Positions 34,851 through 44,170 of a stretch of 64,000 bases of DNA are shown in pieces. Source of the DNA: an uncultured Lachnospiraceae bacterium (lineage in GTDB: Bacteria > Bacillota > Clostridia > Oscillospirales > CAG-272); assembly GCA_964631595.1 (NCBI GenBank), contig CAZVXL010000003.1:9341-73340 (forward strand), in the 5' to 3' direction. A program made the translations under genes and the position numbers. The notes under the pieces were generated by a model. The model worked only from the letters and a program-made list of their open reading frames with translations. It did no database searches and was not told the DNA's origin. Numbering within the stretch: position 1 is the stretch's first letter; the number at the start of each line of letters is the position of its first letter.

Positions 34851-35470
34851 GACTTTCCCGCCTCTTTATGTGTATCTCTGAGGCTGCATATCCTGTCAAA
34901 GATATATTCCGCCGCCCTCGCGTACTCCTCCTTACCGCCCTGCTCAAGCGGGAGCTCCTCATAGGGTATCGGATCTCCGCAAATGATCTCGGTGCGTCCG
35001 AAGGGAAAAACATGATGCTTTTTTGTACGTATGTACACCGGAACCACCGGTGCCTTGGTATGATACGCTATCATACCGATACCGCTTTTGGGCTTTGTCC
35101 TTGCGGGGTCGATTCCCTTTTGGCGTGTTCCCTGCGGGAACACCGTCACCGCCTCACCCGATCTCACAAGCGATATCGCGGTCTTCAGAGCCCCGACATC
35201 GGCTCTGCCGCGCTCTATCGGAAATGCGCCGAGAGCTGTTATGAGCCGCCGCAGGAGCGGTATCTTGAACAGCTCCTTCTTAGCCATATATCTCGGCTGA
35301 CGGTTCATGCAGGCGGCAAGAACTATCACATCGTGAAAGCCCGTATGATTTGAGCAGACTATGCATCCGCCGCTTTCCGGCATCTTATCCGCATCATACA
35401 CACTTGCTCTGTACACCCACTTTACCGCTCCCGAGAAGTGCCTGTATATTCCGTTATAGAACTCACTCAT
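34847..35470 (-). CDS. plsC: 1-acyl-sn-glycerol-3-phosphate acyltransferase
   Basis: The NHxxxxD motif (SNHTGFHD) and an FPQGTR motif are present. Confidence 0.8.
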   Translation of the reverse strand: MSEFYNGIYRHFSGAVKWVYRASVYDADKMPESGGCIVCSNHTGFHDVIVLAACMNRQPRYMAKKELFKIPLLRRLITALGAFPIERGRADVGALKTAISLVRSGEAVTVFPQGTRQKGIDPARTKPKSGIGMIAYHTKAPVVPVYIRTKKHHVFPFGRTEIICGDPIPYEELPLEQGGKEEYARAAEYIFDRICSLRDTHKEAGKS

Positions 35471-35499
35471 TACGACAGTCTCCTTCCGTACAGCCGATA

Positions 35500-36180
35500 T
35501 CAGCCGTCTCTCCCGTTCATCGCAAGCTCGCCTATCCTATCGACGGTCTCATCAAGTCCCATCTCGGAATTGTCGAAAACTATCGCATCCTCCGCCGGTA
35601 TCGCGGGAGCTATCTCCCTCTCCGAATCCTGCGTATCGCGTCTCACGATATCGGAAAGCACCTCCTCAAGCGTACATTCCTCTCCCTTGGCTCTGAGCTC
35701 CGCAAAGCGGCGGCGCGCCCTTGCCTCCGGAGAAGCCGTGAGGAATATTTTCAGATCGGCATCGGGCATTATGACCGTACCGATATCTCTGCCGTCCATT
35801 ATGACGTTGCCGCCGTTTGCCATGTCCTTTTGCAGGTCGAGCAGGAATCGGCGCACAGTGGGGATCGACGACACCGCCGAGGCGTCCATCGACGCCTCTG
35901 GTGTACGGATCGCCTCGCTCACATCGTCATCACCGAGGATCACCCGCTGACCGTCATCCGTCCAGCGAAGCTCAAGTCTCACTCCCGAAAGAGCAGCCCC
36001 CACATCATCCGCGGATGCGACATCAACGCCTCCGCGTCTCATATAAAGTCCGACCGCGCGGTACAGCGCCCCCGTATCAACATATACGAGCCCGAGCTTT
36101 GCGGCAAGAGCCTTTGCCACGGAGCTTTTTCCGGCTCCGCCCGGTCCGTCAATAGCTATTTTCATAATTGCCTCCGGCAT
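35500..36180 (-). CDS. cmk: cytidylate kinase
   Basis: The sequence MKIAIDGPGGAGKSSVAKALA...YVDTGALYR is diagnostic. The probable start is the ATG at 36165. Confidence 0.9.
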   Translation of the reverse strand: MPEAIMKIAIDGPGGAGKSSVAKALAAKLGLVYVDTGALYRAVGLYMRRGGVDVASADDVGAALSGVRLELRWTDDGQRVILGDDDVSEAIRTPEASMDASAVSSIPTVRRFLLDLQKDMANGGNVIMDGRDIGTVIMPDADLKIFLTASPEARARRRFAELRAKGEECTLEEVLSDIVRRDTQDSEREIAPAIPAEDAIVFDNSEMGLDETVDRIGELAMNGRDG

Positions 36181-36297
36181 TTGTAATTTTCACGCATCCC
36201 GCACCCGAGATATCCCGCCATTAACACACACGGGGGATGTGCGGAAAAGTCCTCTCATCCCCCTTAGTATTCGGCACAGCCGAATACCTTATTCATA

Positions 36298-37377
36298 TCA
36301 GTCAAGGTATCCCTTGCGGTACAGAAGCTCGGCTGTGAGCATAGCTCCGCCGGCGGCACCGCGGAGAGTATTGTGCGACAGCGCAACAAACTTATAGTCA
36401 AACATGGTATCCTCGCGGAGACGTCCGACGCTGACTCCCATTCCGCCGTAAATATCGCGGTCAAGACCGGTCTGAGGACGATTGTCCTCCTCAAAATACG
36501 TAATAAACTGCTCGGGTGCCGAGGGCAAGCCGAGAAGCTGGGGTGCGCCCTTGAAGTTCTTCCAAGCCTCAAGGATAGCCTCCTTTGAGGGCTTTCTCTC
36601 AAAATTCACAAACACTGCCGCCAGATGTCCGTCGGACACGGGAACTCTGATGCACTGCGTGGTGATCAGAGGAGATGTCGCGGGGACGATCTTGCCATTT
36701 TCCACAGTACCCCAAACACGGAGAGGCTCCTTTTCGCTCTTTTCCTCCTCGCCGCCGATATAGGGGATCACGTTGTCATTCATCTCGGGCCAGTCGGCAA
36801 AGGTCTTGCCTGCACCGGAGATCGCCTGATACGTAGTGGCAACAACCTCCTTCACGCCGTACTCCATAAGAGGAGTGAGCGCGGGAACATAGCTCTGAAT
36901 GGAGCAGTTCGGCTTTACGGCAATAAAGCCCTTCTTTGTTCCGAGACGGCGTCTCTGAGCCTCTATCACCGAAAGATGAGAGTCATTTACCTCGGGAACG
37001 ATCATGGGAACGTCCTCGGTCCAGCGGTTTGCCGAATTGTTGGACATTACGGGCACCTCCGCCTTCGCGTATGCCTCCTCCAGCTTTTTGATCTCGTCCT
37101 TGGGCATATCGACAGCACAGAACACAATGTCAAGTCCCTCGGCAACAGTCTCTACCTCGGAAGCATCGTATACGGGCATGCCGGCAACCTTCTCGGGCAT
37201 GGCGGTCTTCATCTTCCATCTTCCGTTCAATGCCTCGGCATAGGTCTTGCCTGCGGAACGGCTGCTTGCCGCAAGGCGCACAAGCTCAAAATAGGGGTGC
37301 TCCTGCAAAAGCAGAATGAAGCGCTGTCCGACCATTCCGGTCGCACCGATAACACCGGCTCTCAGCTTTTTACTCAT
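36298..37377 (-). CDS. asd: aspartate-semialdehyde dehydrogenase
   Basis: The motifs GVIGATGMVGQ, PNCSIQ (active-site Cys) and SHNTLRGAAG are present. Confidence 0.9.
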   Translation of the reverse strand: MSKKLRAGVIGATGMVGQRFILLLQEHPYFELVRLAASSRSAGKTYAEALNGRWKMKTAMPEKVAGMPVYDASEVETVAEGLDIVFCAVDMPKDEIKKLEEAYAKAEVPVMSNNSANRWTEDVPMIVPEVNDSHLSVIEAQRRRLGTKKGFIAVKPNCSIQSYVPALTPLMEYGVKEVVATTYQAISGAGKTFADWPEMNDNVIPYIGGEEEKSEKEPLRVWGTVENGKIVPATSPLITTQCIRVPVSDGHLAAVFVNFERKPSKEAILEAWKNFKGAPQLLGLPSAPEQFITYFEEDNRPQTGLDRDIYGGMGVSVGRLREDTMFDYKFVALSHNTLRGAAGGAMLTAELLYRKGYLD

Positions 37378-37535
37378 ATCAAATCCTCCGGTCGCCCCGT
37401 ATCTCTCGGGGCTTATTTTATTTACAGTATAACATTTTAATTATATCACATCAAAGCCGTGTTGTCAATTCATCGAAAGCTATAAATTTACGCCCCTCCG
37501 TATGCCGCACACTTGCCGCATTTCCCGAAAAGCAT

Positions 37536-38276
37536 CTATATCCGCGCCTCTATCGACTCCTTCAGCCTTTCTATTATCTTCTTTTCGAGACGTGAGATAT
37601 ACGACTGCGATATGCCGAGCATATCCGCCACCTCCTTCTGCGTGCGCTCTCCGCCGCCGTCAAGCCCGTACCGCAATCTTATTATCACGCGCTCGCGCTC
37701 GCAAAGGCCGTCCACCGCCGCGCGTATCTCCCTCTCGTCCTCGTCCTTCTCCATATTGCGGCCGACCGCATCTCCGTCCGTGCCGAGGATATCCGACAGG
37801 AGAAGCTCGTTCCCGTCCCAATCCACGCTCAGCGGCTCATCTATGGATATCTCCGAGCGCAGAGGACTTGTCTTTCTCATGTACATGAGGATCTCGTTTT
37901 CGATACAGCGTGAGGCATATGTCGCAAGCTTTATATTCTTGTCCGCCCTGTAGGTATTCACCGCCTTGATAAGCCCGATAGTGCCTATCGAAATGAGATC
38001 CTCGATCCCGCTTCCGGTGTTTTCGAACTTCCTTGCGATATAGACCACAAGTCTCAGATTGTGCTCTATGAGCAGTGAGCGCGCCTCCGAGTCTCCCTTC
38101 TCAAGCCGTTCTATGGCCTCCGTCTCGTCCTCTGCCCCGAGCGGCGGAGGAAGCGCCGTCGGGCCGTTTATGTAGAATACGTTTCCCTCGCTTCCGCCGC
38201 CCGTGAGCAGCCTTGCCGCCTCGCACACCCACAGGTGTAATTTCTTCAAAAAATCAAGCTTTATGTACAGCTTCAT
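37536..38276 (-). CDS. sigE: sporulation sigma factor SigE (pro-sigma-E)
   Basis: A pro-sequence is followed by ALPPPL...[41 protein letters not shown]...[20 protein letters not shown], almost identical in pattern to B. subtilis SigE. The gene lies directly downstream of spoIIGA. Confidence 0.95.
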   Translation of the reverse strand: MKLYIKLDFLKKLHLWVCEAARLLTGGGSEGNVFYINGPTALPPPLGAEDETEAIERLEKGDSEARSLLIEHNLRLVVYIARKFENTGSGIEDLISIGTIGLIKAVNTYRADKNIKLATYASRCIENEILMYMRKTSPLRSEISIDEPLSVDWDGNELLLSDILGTDGDAVGRNMEKDEDEREIRAAVDGLCERERVIIRLRYGLDGGGERTQKEVADMLGISQSYISRLEKKIIERLKESIEARI

Positions 38277-38298
38277 CTGCCTATCTCCTTTTAAGCTT

Positions 38299-39117
38299 TT
38301 ATCGGAGCAATACCGTCGGCGCGTTTGCGGGATAGCCGCCGAAGAAGGTACTGCCCGTGTCCGACACGGCTATCACCGCCCCACATTCTCTTGCCCTGCC
38401 GTTTTCGATAACCGAGACAGTCTCGGGAATAAAGCCGGTAAGAAGCCCGTCCCCTCCGACCCCCTTTATCGGGATCATTCGCACCCTCGGCGCGACCGTA
38501 TCGGTAAGCTCCGCCGGATCGGTGCAAAGCTCCGGCACGATACGGCGAAGCACGGAGCGGTCGGCAATGATCACCGGAGCTCCCGAAAGCGGCTCCACGG
38601 CAAGGTTACCGCTGTCGCAAAGGGCATCGAATTCCGCCGTGCGTGTACCGAATGAGACGCGGACACGCACCGACCGTCTGCCCCTCAGACGCGCGATCAG
38701 CCTTATCAGCAGGAGGCACAGCGTGCTTCCGACAAAAAGCAGCGCCGTGCCGCTCTGCGGACTGCTCGGCACGGTGGCTCCTCCCCCGAGTGAGCAGAGT
38801 GCCGTCATCGCTCCGCCGAGAAGTGCCGATACTCCCCAAAAGACCGCGGAGCGCCTGAGAAGCAGCCGCACATCGCCGAAGCCGAAGGCTGTCAGCATCA
38901 TAAGCACAGCCACGCCACCCGCCGAGGCAACACCGAGAATACCGTCCGTCCCGAGCGCCGTCGCCGCAGTTCCGTAGATCCCGCCGAGTGCGGCGGAGAG
39001 AGCGCTTCTGACTCCCGTCGGCGGACCGGAGGTAAGACGAGAGGTCAGGTACAGTGCTATGAGATCCATACTGAAATTTACGAAAAACAGGATGTCCGCA
39101 TAAAGAACATACGTCAT
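38299..39117 (-). CDS. spoIIGA: sigma-E processing peptidase SpoIIGA
   Basis: The membrane N-terminus reads [21 protein letters not shown]-terminal aspartic-protease-like region (ALCDSGN) follows. Synteny with sigE supports the call. Confidence 0.85.
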   Translation of the reverse strand: MTYVLYADILFFVNFSMDLIALYLTSRLTSGPPTGVRSALSAALGGIYGTAATALGTDGILGVASAGGVAVLMMLTAFGFGDVRLLLRRSAVFWGVSALLGGAMTALCSLGGGATVPSSPQSGTALLFVGSTLCLLLIRLIARLRGRRSVRVRVSFGTRTAEFDALCDSGNLAVEPLSGAPVIIADRSVLRRIVPELCTDPAELTDTVAPRVRMIPIKGVGGDGLLTGFIPETVSVIENGRARECGAVIAVSDTGSTFFGGYPANAPTVLLR

Positions 39118-39244
39118 TGCAAATCACCTCTGACCTTTATTATATATTCGGAGCACGGGCGGATAATGTCACTGTGAGGCGGATATTTCGCAAAATGATG
39201 AGCGACGGCGGCGGGACGGATTCAGGCAAAAAGCAAATTCGGTA

Positions 39245-39273
39245 TTGACAAACCTATGTTCGCGTGATACAAT
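39245..39273 (+). promoter_or_regulatory. sigma-A-type promoter of dinB
   Basis: The sequence is TTGACA (39245-39250) - 17 nt - TACAAT (39268-39273) with TGn immediately upstream of the -10. Confidence 0.6.
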
Positions 39274-39282
39274 ACGCATTAG

Positions 39283-39294
39283 AAACAAGTGTTC
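39283..39294 (+). promoter_or_regulatory. candidate LexA (Cheo-box-like) operator
   Basis: The site AAAC-AAGT-GTTC differs from the Firmicutes consensus GAAC-N4-GTTC by one mismatch. It lies just downstream of the predicted -10 of a Y-family polymerase gene. Confidence 0.45.
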
Positions 39295-39308
39295 GGAGGT
39301 ATTCTGTC

Positions 39309-40463
39309 GTGCGAACGGTGCTTCATTGCGATATGAACAATTACTTTGCCTCGGTGGAGACTGTCGATATGCCGCAGCTCGCCAACGTGCCCATGGCAGT
39401 GTGCGGAGATCCGAGATTGCGGCACGGGATCGTTTTGGCGAAAAACGAGCTTGCGAAGAAATACGGTGTCTCCACCGGAGAGACGATCGGCGCGGCAAGG
39501 CTGAAATGCCCCAGGCTTGTCATCGTTCCGCCGCATTACAGAAAATATCACGCCTACACCGATATCACAAGGTCTATATTCAGGCGCTTTTCCTCGGAGG
39601 TATACCCCTACGGCATGGACGAGGCTTGGCTGGTGCTCCCCGAGGGTACTCCGCAAAAGGCGGGAGCATTTGTGGCGGATGAGCTGAGGCGCACGATAAA
39701 AAAAGAGCTGAGGATCACCGCCTCCGTCGGGGTGAGCTTCAATTACGTATTTTCAAAGCTTGCCTCCGATATGCAAAAGCCGGATGCCACGACACAGCTC
39801 CCGCCCGAGCTCATGCGCGACGTGATATGGAAGCGCCCCGCCTCCGAGCTTTTGTTCGTCGGGAAGGCGACTGACAGAACACTCGGTCAGCTCGGGCTTC
39901 ACACCATCGGGGATATCGCGCGGCAGGAGCCGTCCGTTTTGCAGAGTATTCTCGGAAAAAACGGGAGAACTCTGTGGCGCTTCGCGAACGGGGACGATTC
40001 CGATTTCGATCCGAGCCTTGACGGTGAGGACGATATGAGATCCATTGGAAACAGCGTTACACCGCCGAAGGATATCCTTACTCATGCCGATGCCTCGGTA
40101 TTTCTCTACGCCCTGAGCAGAGCCGTCTCCGACAGACTGCGCCGACGCGGGCTGAAGACCTCGTGCATATCCGTGAATGTCAGGCGTGAGGATTTTGTCA
40201 GATACACGAGGCAGTGTACCCTCATCAGACCGACGGACGACTGCAATGCGATATTTTTCCACGCAGACGGGCTTCTCGCGAAAAATCACAACTGGTCAAA
40301 GGGGATAAGGAGCATCGGCATCGGGCTTGACAAGCTCTCGGGAGCCTACGGAGAGCAGCTTTGTATGTTTCCGGAGAGCTATCCCGTGCCTGCGGCAGCC
40401 GAGCGCTTGGCGGAGGTCTCAGAGAGGTTCGGCGGGATATCTCTTGAGAGAGATCGAGATTGA
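39309..40463 (+). CDS. dinB: DNA polymerase IV (Y-family)
   Basis: The sequence VLHCDMNNYFASVE...GVSTGE...YPYGMDEAWL shows Y-family motifs. The track ORF starts at 39264, inside the predicted promoter. The GTG at 39309 follows a GGAGGT RBS. Confidence 0.85.
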   Translation: MRTVLHCDMNNYFASVETVDMPQLANVPMAVCGDPRLRHGIVLAKNELAKKYGVSTGETIGAARLKCPRLVIVPPHYRKYHAYTDITRSIFRRFSSEVYPYGMDEAWLVLPEGTPQKAGAFVADELRRTIKKELRITASVGVSFNYVFSKLASDMQKPDATTQLPPELMRDVIWKRPASELLFVGKATDRTLGQLGLHTIGDIARQEPSVLQSILGKNGRTLWRFANGDDSDFDPSLDGEDDMRSIGNSVTPPKDILTHADASVFLYALSRAVSDRLRRRGLKTSCISVNVRREDFVRYTRQCTLIRPTDDCNAIFFHADGLLAKNHNWSKGIRSIGIGLDKLSGAYGEQLCMFPESYPVPAAAERLAEVSERFGGISLERDRD

Positions 40464-40488
40464 CATACGATATTTTATATGATATAAT
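40460..40488 (+). promoter_or_regulatory. consensus sigma-A promoter for the dockerin-protein gene
   Basis: The sequence is TTGACA (40460-40465) - 17 nt - TATAAT (40483-40488) with an extended -10 TG. It overlaps the dinB stop codon. Confidence 0.65.
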
Positions 40489-40525
40489 TATGGGTGAAAT
40501 TTTTATCTGTAAAGGCGGAGACATC

Positions 40526-41893
40526 ATGAAACTGAAAAACATCCTGTGTCTTATTCTCGCGCTTACCTGTGTTCTCGGCACTCTTTGCATCGGTTCCGGT
40601 GCGGAGGTGAATATTTCAAGCATTACCGAGTCTCTTGAGTACGAGATCATTGAATCGTATTTTGATTCGTATTTGTTCTATGCGGAGTTTTGCTCCGGAT
40701 ATTTCTCCGAGGGAAATGCACCGTCGATGGACACGGTCCGTAATATGCTCACCTCCGACGTGATCATCGAATGTGATGAGTACTGTGTCAAGCCCGAGGA
40801 TACATACAGCTTTGCCGTATATGAGATTCCTGCCGATATCTACGAGAGCATGGCGGCGCGGTACTTTGTAAAGAACGAGGCGCTCCTCGTGCATATGCGC
40901 GGATCCTCGTATTACAAAACGGACAAAGCCGAGCCGTACTACAGGATCGAGGTAGGCGGAGGCTTCGGAGGAGTGAGACCGAGCCTTGAGCTTTGCGGCT
41001 TAACGGTGCGTGAGAGCGACGGATGTATTTTAGCATACGGCTATCTTGTACAGGATTGGGTCGAGAGCGCAGACGACTTTATTCTCTACTCTCCCGACAG
41101 TGATGATATTGAGGGAGTGGATTACATCACTCTCGGCAGAAATTATTACGACGAATCCGGCAACATCGTATTCTCATACAAGCCGTGGAAGATCGTCGGA
41201 GCCGTAAGAAGCGCGTTCTCTGTAAACGAAGAAGCCGTATGTATCCGACTTCATTCCTACGAAGAGATATCCGCCATTGATCTCCCCCCGATTCCGGAGC
41301 TTGACGTTACCGCTCCCGAGGAAGCTCTTTGCGCCTCCTTCGGCGGCGTGGCGGTCATCGAAAAAGACACCTTTGCCGAGGGTACCGTCATCGGCGGAGA
41401 ATACGTCATCAATGACGTAGAGCTTGCCGCGGCGGGAGCGGCTCTTGCCGGTCACGGTATGCTCGGAGGTCTTTTCAAGATCGAGGCAAGCAGACCCGAC
41501 GGTACTCCCGCAGAGCCCAAGAAGCCGTTTACCGTTTGCTTCGATATTCCGTTCGGCTTCTGTGATGACGTTAAGATATACAGACTCTCGGGCAGCAACG
41601 AGGTGACGGAGCTTCCGACCGAGCTTATCGACGGATACCTGTCGGTATGCACCGAGATCAACGCTCTCGGAAGATATGCCGTTGCGGGATCGCTGTACGG
41701 TGATGCAAACGGCGACAACGACATATCCCTCCCCGATATCACACTGATGCTCAAGTATCTTGCGAGCTGGGGCGTGGATATGAATCTCAAGGCCGGCGAC
41801 GTCAACGCCGACGGCGACGTATCCCTCCCCGATATCACGCTGATGCTCAAGTATCTTGCAGGCTGGGACGTTTACTTCGGCGCACAGGGATAA
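40526..41893 (+). CDS. secreted dockerin-containing protein of unknown function
   Basis: The signal peptide is MKLKNILCLILALTCVLGTLCIGSGA. The C-terminal type-I dockerin duplicate reads GDANGDNDISLPDITLMLKYLA and GDVNADGDVSLPDITLMLKYLA. An RBS (GGCGGAG) precedes the ATG at 40526. Confidence 0.8.
   Translation: MKLKNILCLILALTCVLGTLCIGSGAEVNISSITESLEYEIIESYFDSYLFYAEFCSGYFSEGNAPSMDTVRNMLTSDVIIECDEYCVKPEDTYSFAVYEIPADIYESMAARYFVKNEALLVHMRGSSYYKTDKAEPYYRIEVGGGFGGVRPSLELCGLTVRESDGCILAYGYLVQDWVESADDFILYSPDSDDIEGVDYITLGRNYYDESGNIVFSYKPWKIVGAVRSAFSVNEEAVCIRLHSYEEISAIDLPPIPELDVTAPEEALCASFGGVAVIEKDTFAEGTVIGGEYVINDVELAAAGAALAGHGMLGGLFKIEASRPDGTPAEPKKPFTVCFDIPFGFCDDVKIYRLSGSNEVTELPTELIDGYLSVCTEINALGRYAVAGSLYGDANGDNDISLPDITLMLKYLASWGVDMNLKAGDVNADGDVSLPDITLMLKYLAGWDVYFGAQG
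41723..41859 (+). repeat. near-identical 41-nt direct repeat (the two dockerin Ca-binding segments), period 96 nt
   Basis: Positions 41723-41763 and 41819-41859 differ at only 2 of 41 positions (atatccctccccgatatcacactgatgctcaagtatcttgc vs gtatccctccccgatatcacgctgatgctcaagtatcttgc). Confidence 0.85.
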
Positions 41894-41908
41894 TGATAAA
41901 AAACAATC

Positions 41909-41946
41909 GTGAGGGGTATGACTCGGTTCATACCCCTCACTTTTAT
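41909..41946 (+). terminator. rho-independent terminator after the dockerin-protein gene
   Basis: A 13-bp stem (gtgaggggtatga / tcatacccctcac) closes a 6-nt loop and is followed by TTTTAT. Confidence 0.8.
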
Positions 41947-42119
41947 GCAGGGACGCGATATTTACGTCCGAAAAAAGCGATTTTCGCAATATTTTACATT
42001 TATTCTCCGTTCCCGTCTTGCCATATTCACAAAATCATGATAAAATTGACCTGTGTGTCCTACATTACCGCTTGTCCGCATATATTTTTATATAACTCAC
42101 TCCGAAAGGCGGTATACCC

Positions 42120-42677
42120 ATGGACGATCTCGCAGATCCGCGCTGTGATATCCGCGGTGCGGGAGGGCGCAAGCCCTTTCGATGCTTCTATCTTCTTGCC
42201 GTGCTGTTTGCCGTATGCGCTGCACTCGGCATGAAGCTCTCTGAGGACACGGGTATGCTCTCGGGTCTTGAATTTTACGGTCGGTATGACGGGCTCCCCG
42301 ACATACGCGTGCTCGGTGACCTTATCACGTATTTCGAAGCCGTTCTGAGCCGATCCGCCCCGTTTCTCATATCATCGGCAGTGCTCCTTATCCTGTCGTC
42401 CTCCTCCCTGCTCATGCCGGCGGGCTTTATTTATGCAGGTATAAAGGGCTTTATCGCAGGAGGCGCGCTCTGCCTTGTGCGGACTCCGTCCGAGCTCGCA
42501 CAGCTCATACTGTACATCATCTCCGCGGTCGCGGGCTGTGTCATGTCCTCCGTCCTCATATCGCTTCGAGGTAACGGAGACGGCACCGTCGGGACGTTTT
42601 TCAAGAAGGCATCGGTGCTTCTTTGCACCAATGGGGGATATGTCTTATGTGAGTTTATTCTCTCACTGATCATATAG
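42120..42677 (+). CDS. hypothetical integral membrane protein
   Basis: The ORF has four or five hydrophobic segments and no motif I recognise. The start codon is uncertain. Confidence 0.4.
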   Translation: MDDLADPRCDIRGAGGRKPFRCFYLLAVLFAVCAALGMKLSEDTGMLSGLEFYGRYDGLPDIRVLGDLITYFEAVLSRSAPFLISSAVLLILSSSSLLMPAGFIYAGIKGFIAGGALCLVRTPSELAQLILYIISAVAGCVMSSVLISLRGNGDGTVGTFFKKASVLLCTNGGYVLCEFILSLII

Positions 42678-42722
42678 CCGCAGGCAGATCGCGGAAATAT
42701 CAAAGCAAAAGAGGTGTAAAGC

Positions 42723-43742
42723 TTGAAGGATTACAAAAACGATTTCGATGAAAACGAAGACATCGAGGAAGGCGCCGAAAACAAAAAGAAGAAATTCAAA
42801 TTATTCCGCAATGTATACGATAAGGACGGTCCCGGTGTCGAAAAGGACGAAATAAAAGCCATGGAGGATCCGTCGCTCATAAACTTTTTTAAGCTGGTCA
42901 AGCGGAAATTCGGGCGGCTCGTCTCCGTAAATGCGCTGTATCTGCTCGCCAATTTCCCGATAATCTTCTTCCTTATCCAGATGTCCGGCTACGTTCGCAC
43001 GGAATTTTCCGCCAATACGTACAGTATGTTCCCCGTCATATACGGCACGTCTCTCTTTGAGCCGTCCTCTCCCGCCGTGGCATCTCTCATGGGTATCTTC
43101 GGCAGAGTCACGACCGGATATGCACACACCACCCTTTCGATAATACTCATGCTCCTCTCCTTTCTTGTGGTATTCACCTTCGGCCCCGCCAACGTCGGTA
43201 CCACCTATATCCTCAGAAACATGGCGCGTGAGGAGCCCGTATTCCTGTGGACGGATTTCAAGTACGCCATAAAGCGCAATATAAAGCAAGCTCTGCCGAT
43301 GGGTATCATTGATGCCCTTCTGATCTTCCTCCTCGTTTACGATATCGCATGGTTCAACGTGAATATAGATCACAGCAGTCTTGTTACGCCGATGCTCATA
43401 ATCTCATGGGCGGCTCTTTTGCTCTACTTCTTCATGCGGCTCTACATCTATCTGATGATCGTGACCTTCGATCTGAAGCTTACGAAGATACTGAAGAACG
43501 CGGCATTTTTCGCCATTCTCGGCTTCAAGCGCAATTTCATGGCTCTCGTCGGTATCGTTCTCATGACAGTGCTCACCCTCGGGCTTTGCATCTTCTTCCT
43601 GCCGATAGGAATAGTCATCCCGTTCACGATAATGTTCTCCCTCGGCGGCTTCATGGGAGTCTATGCCGCATACCCCAAGATCAAGCAAATAATGATAGAT
43701 CCGTATTACGCCGAGCACCCCGACGAGGTGCCGAACGTATAA
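42723..43742 (+). CDS. YesL/DUF624-like membrane protein
   Basis: A charged N-terminus is followed by FGRLVSVNALYLLANFPIIFF and several TM helices. The assignment is from memory of the family pattern. The start codon is TTG. Confidence 0.5.
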   Translation: MKDYKNDFDENEDIEEGAENKKKKFKLFRNVYDKDGPGVEKDEIKAMEDPSLINFFKLVKRKFGRLVSVNALYLLANFPIIFFLIQMSGYVRTEFSANTYSMFPVIYGTSLFEPSSPAVASLMGIFGRVTTGYAHTTLSIILMLLSFLVVFTFGPANVGTTYILRNMAREEPVFLWTDFKYAIKRNIKQALPMGIIDALLIFLLVYDIAWFNVNIDHSSLVTPMLIISWAALLLYFFMRLYIYLMIVTFDLKLTKILKNAAFFAILGFKRNFMALVGIVLMTVLTLGLCIFFLPIGIVIPFTIMFSLGGFMGVYAAYPKIKQIMIDPYYAEHPDEVPNV

Positions 43743-43914
43743 TACTCGCATATATCCGCCAAGGCTCTTGATTTTCCGCCGAAAATAGGGTATAATATAC
43801 GGAGGGCGGGAAAACGGCTCCGCGCATTTCCCGTGCGGTGCAAAGGCACCGTTTTACGGACATTCGCCGCGGACTGTTCCGGCAACAGAGCTTTTCGGAA
43901 GCAGAGGTAATATT

Positions 43915-44127
43915 ATGTCAAGAAAGAAAGAGCAGGAGCTTGATCGCGCCTGTGTATACTGTGAAAACGCATCTCCGCTGACAGATCGCGATTTTATGCT
44001 TTGCAAAAGGCACGGTGTTGTCAGCGCAGGTCATCTGTGCCGCCGTTTTTCCTACGATCCGCTCAAAAGAGTCCCGATGCCGAGGAAGCGCATAAGCGCC
44101 GACACCGAGCTTCCTGAGCTGCCGTAG
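43915..44127 (+). CDS. small Cys-rich hypothetical protein (70 aa)
   Basis: The pattern CVYC...CKRHG...HLC suggests a possible Zn-binding protein. The gene sits directly upstream of prfB. Confidence 0.45.
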   Translation: MSRKKEQELDRACVYCENASPLTDRDFMLCKRHGVVSAGHLCRRFSYDPLKRVPMPRKRISADTELPELP

Positions 44128-44170
44128 GTCTCATATACAAGTCACAAAGTCTACATCGGAGGATTTCACC

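Noticed and set aside
39118-39244. Spo0A box upstream of spoIIGA
   Set aside because: TTGCGAA on the minus strand is one mismatch from the 0A-box TGNCGAA. However, it is a single short site with no clear -35/-10 context, which is insufficient evidence.
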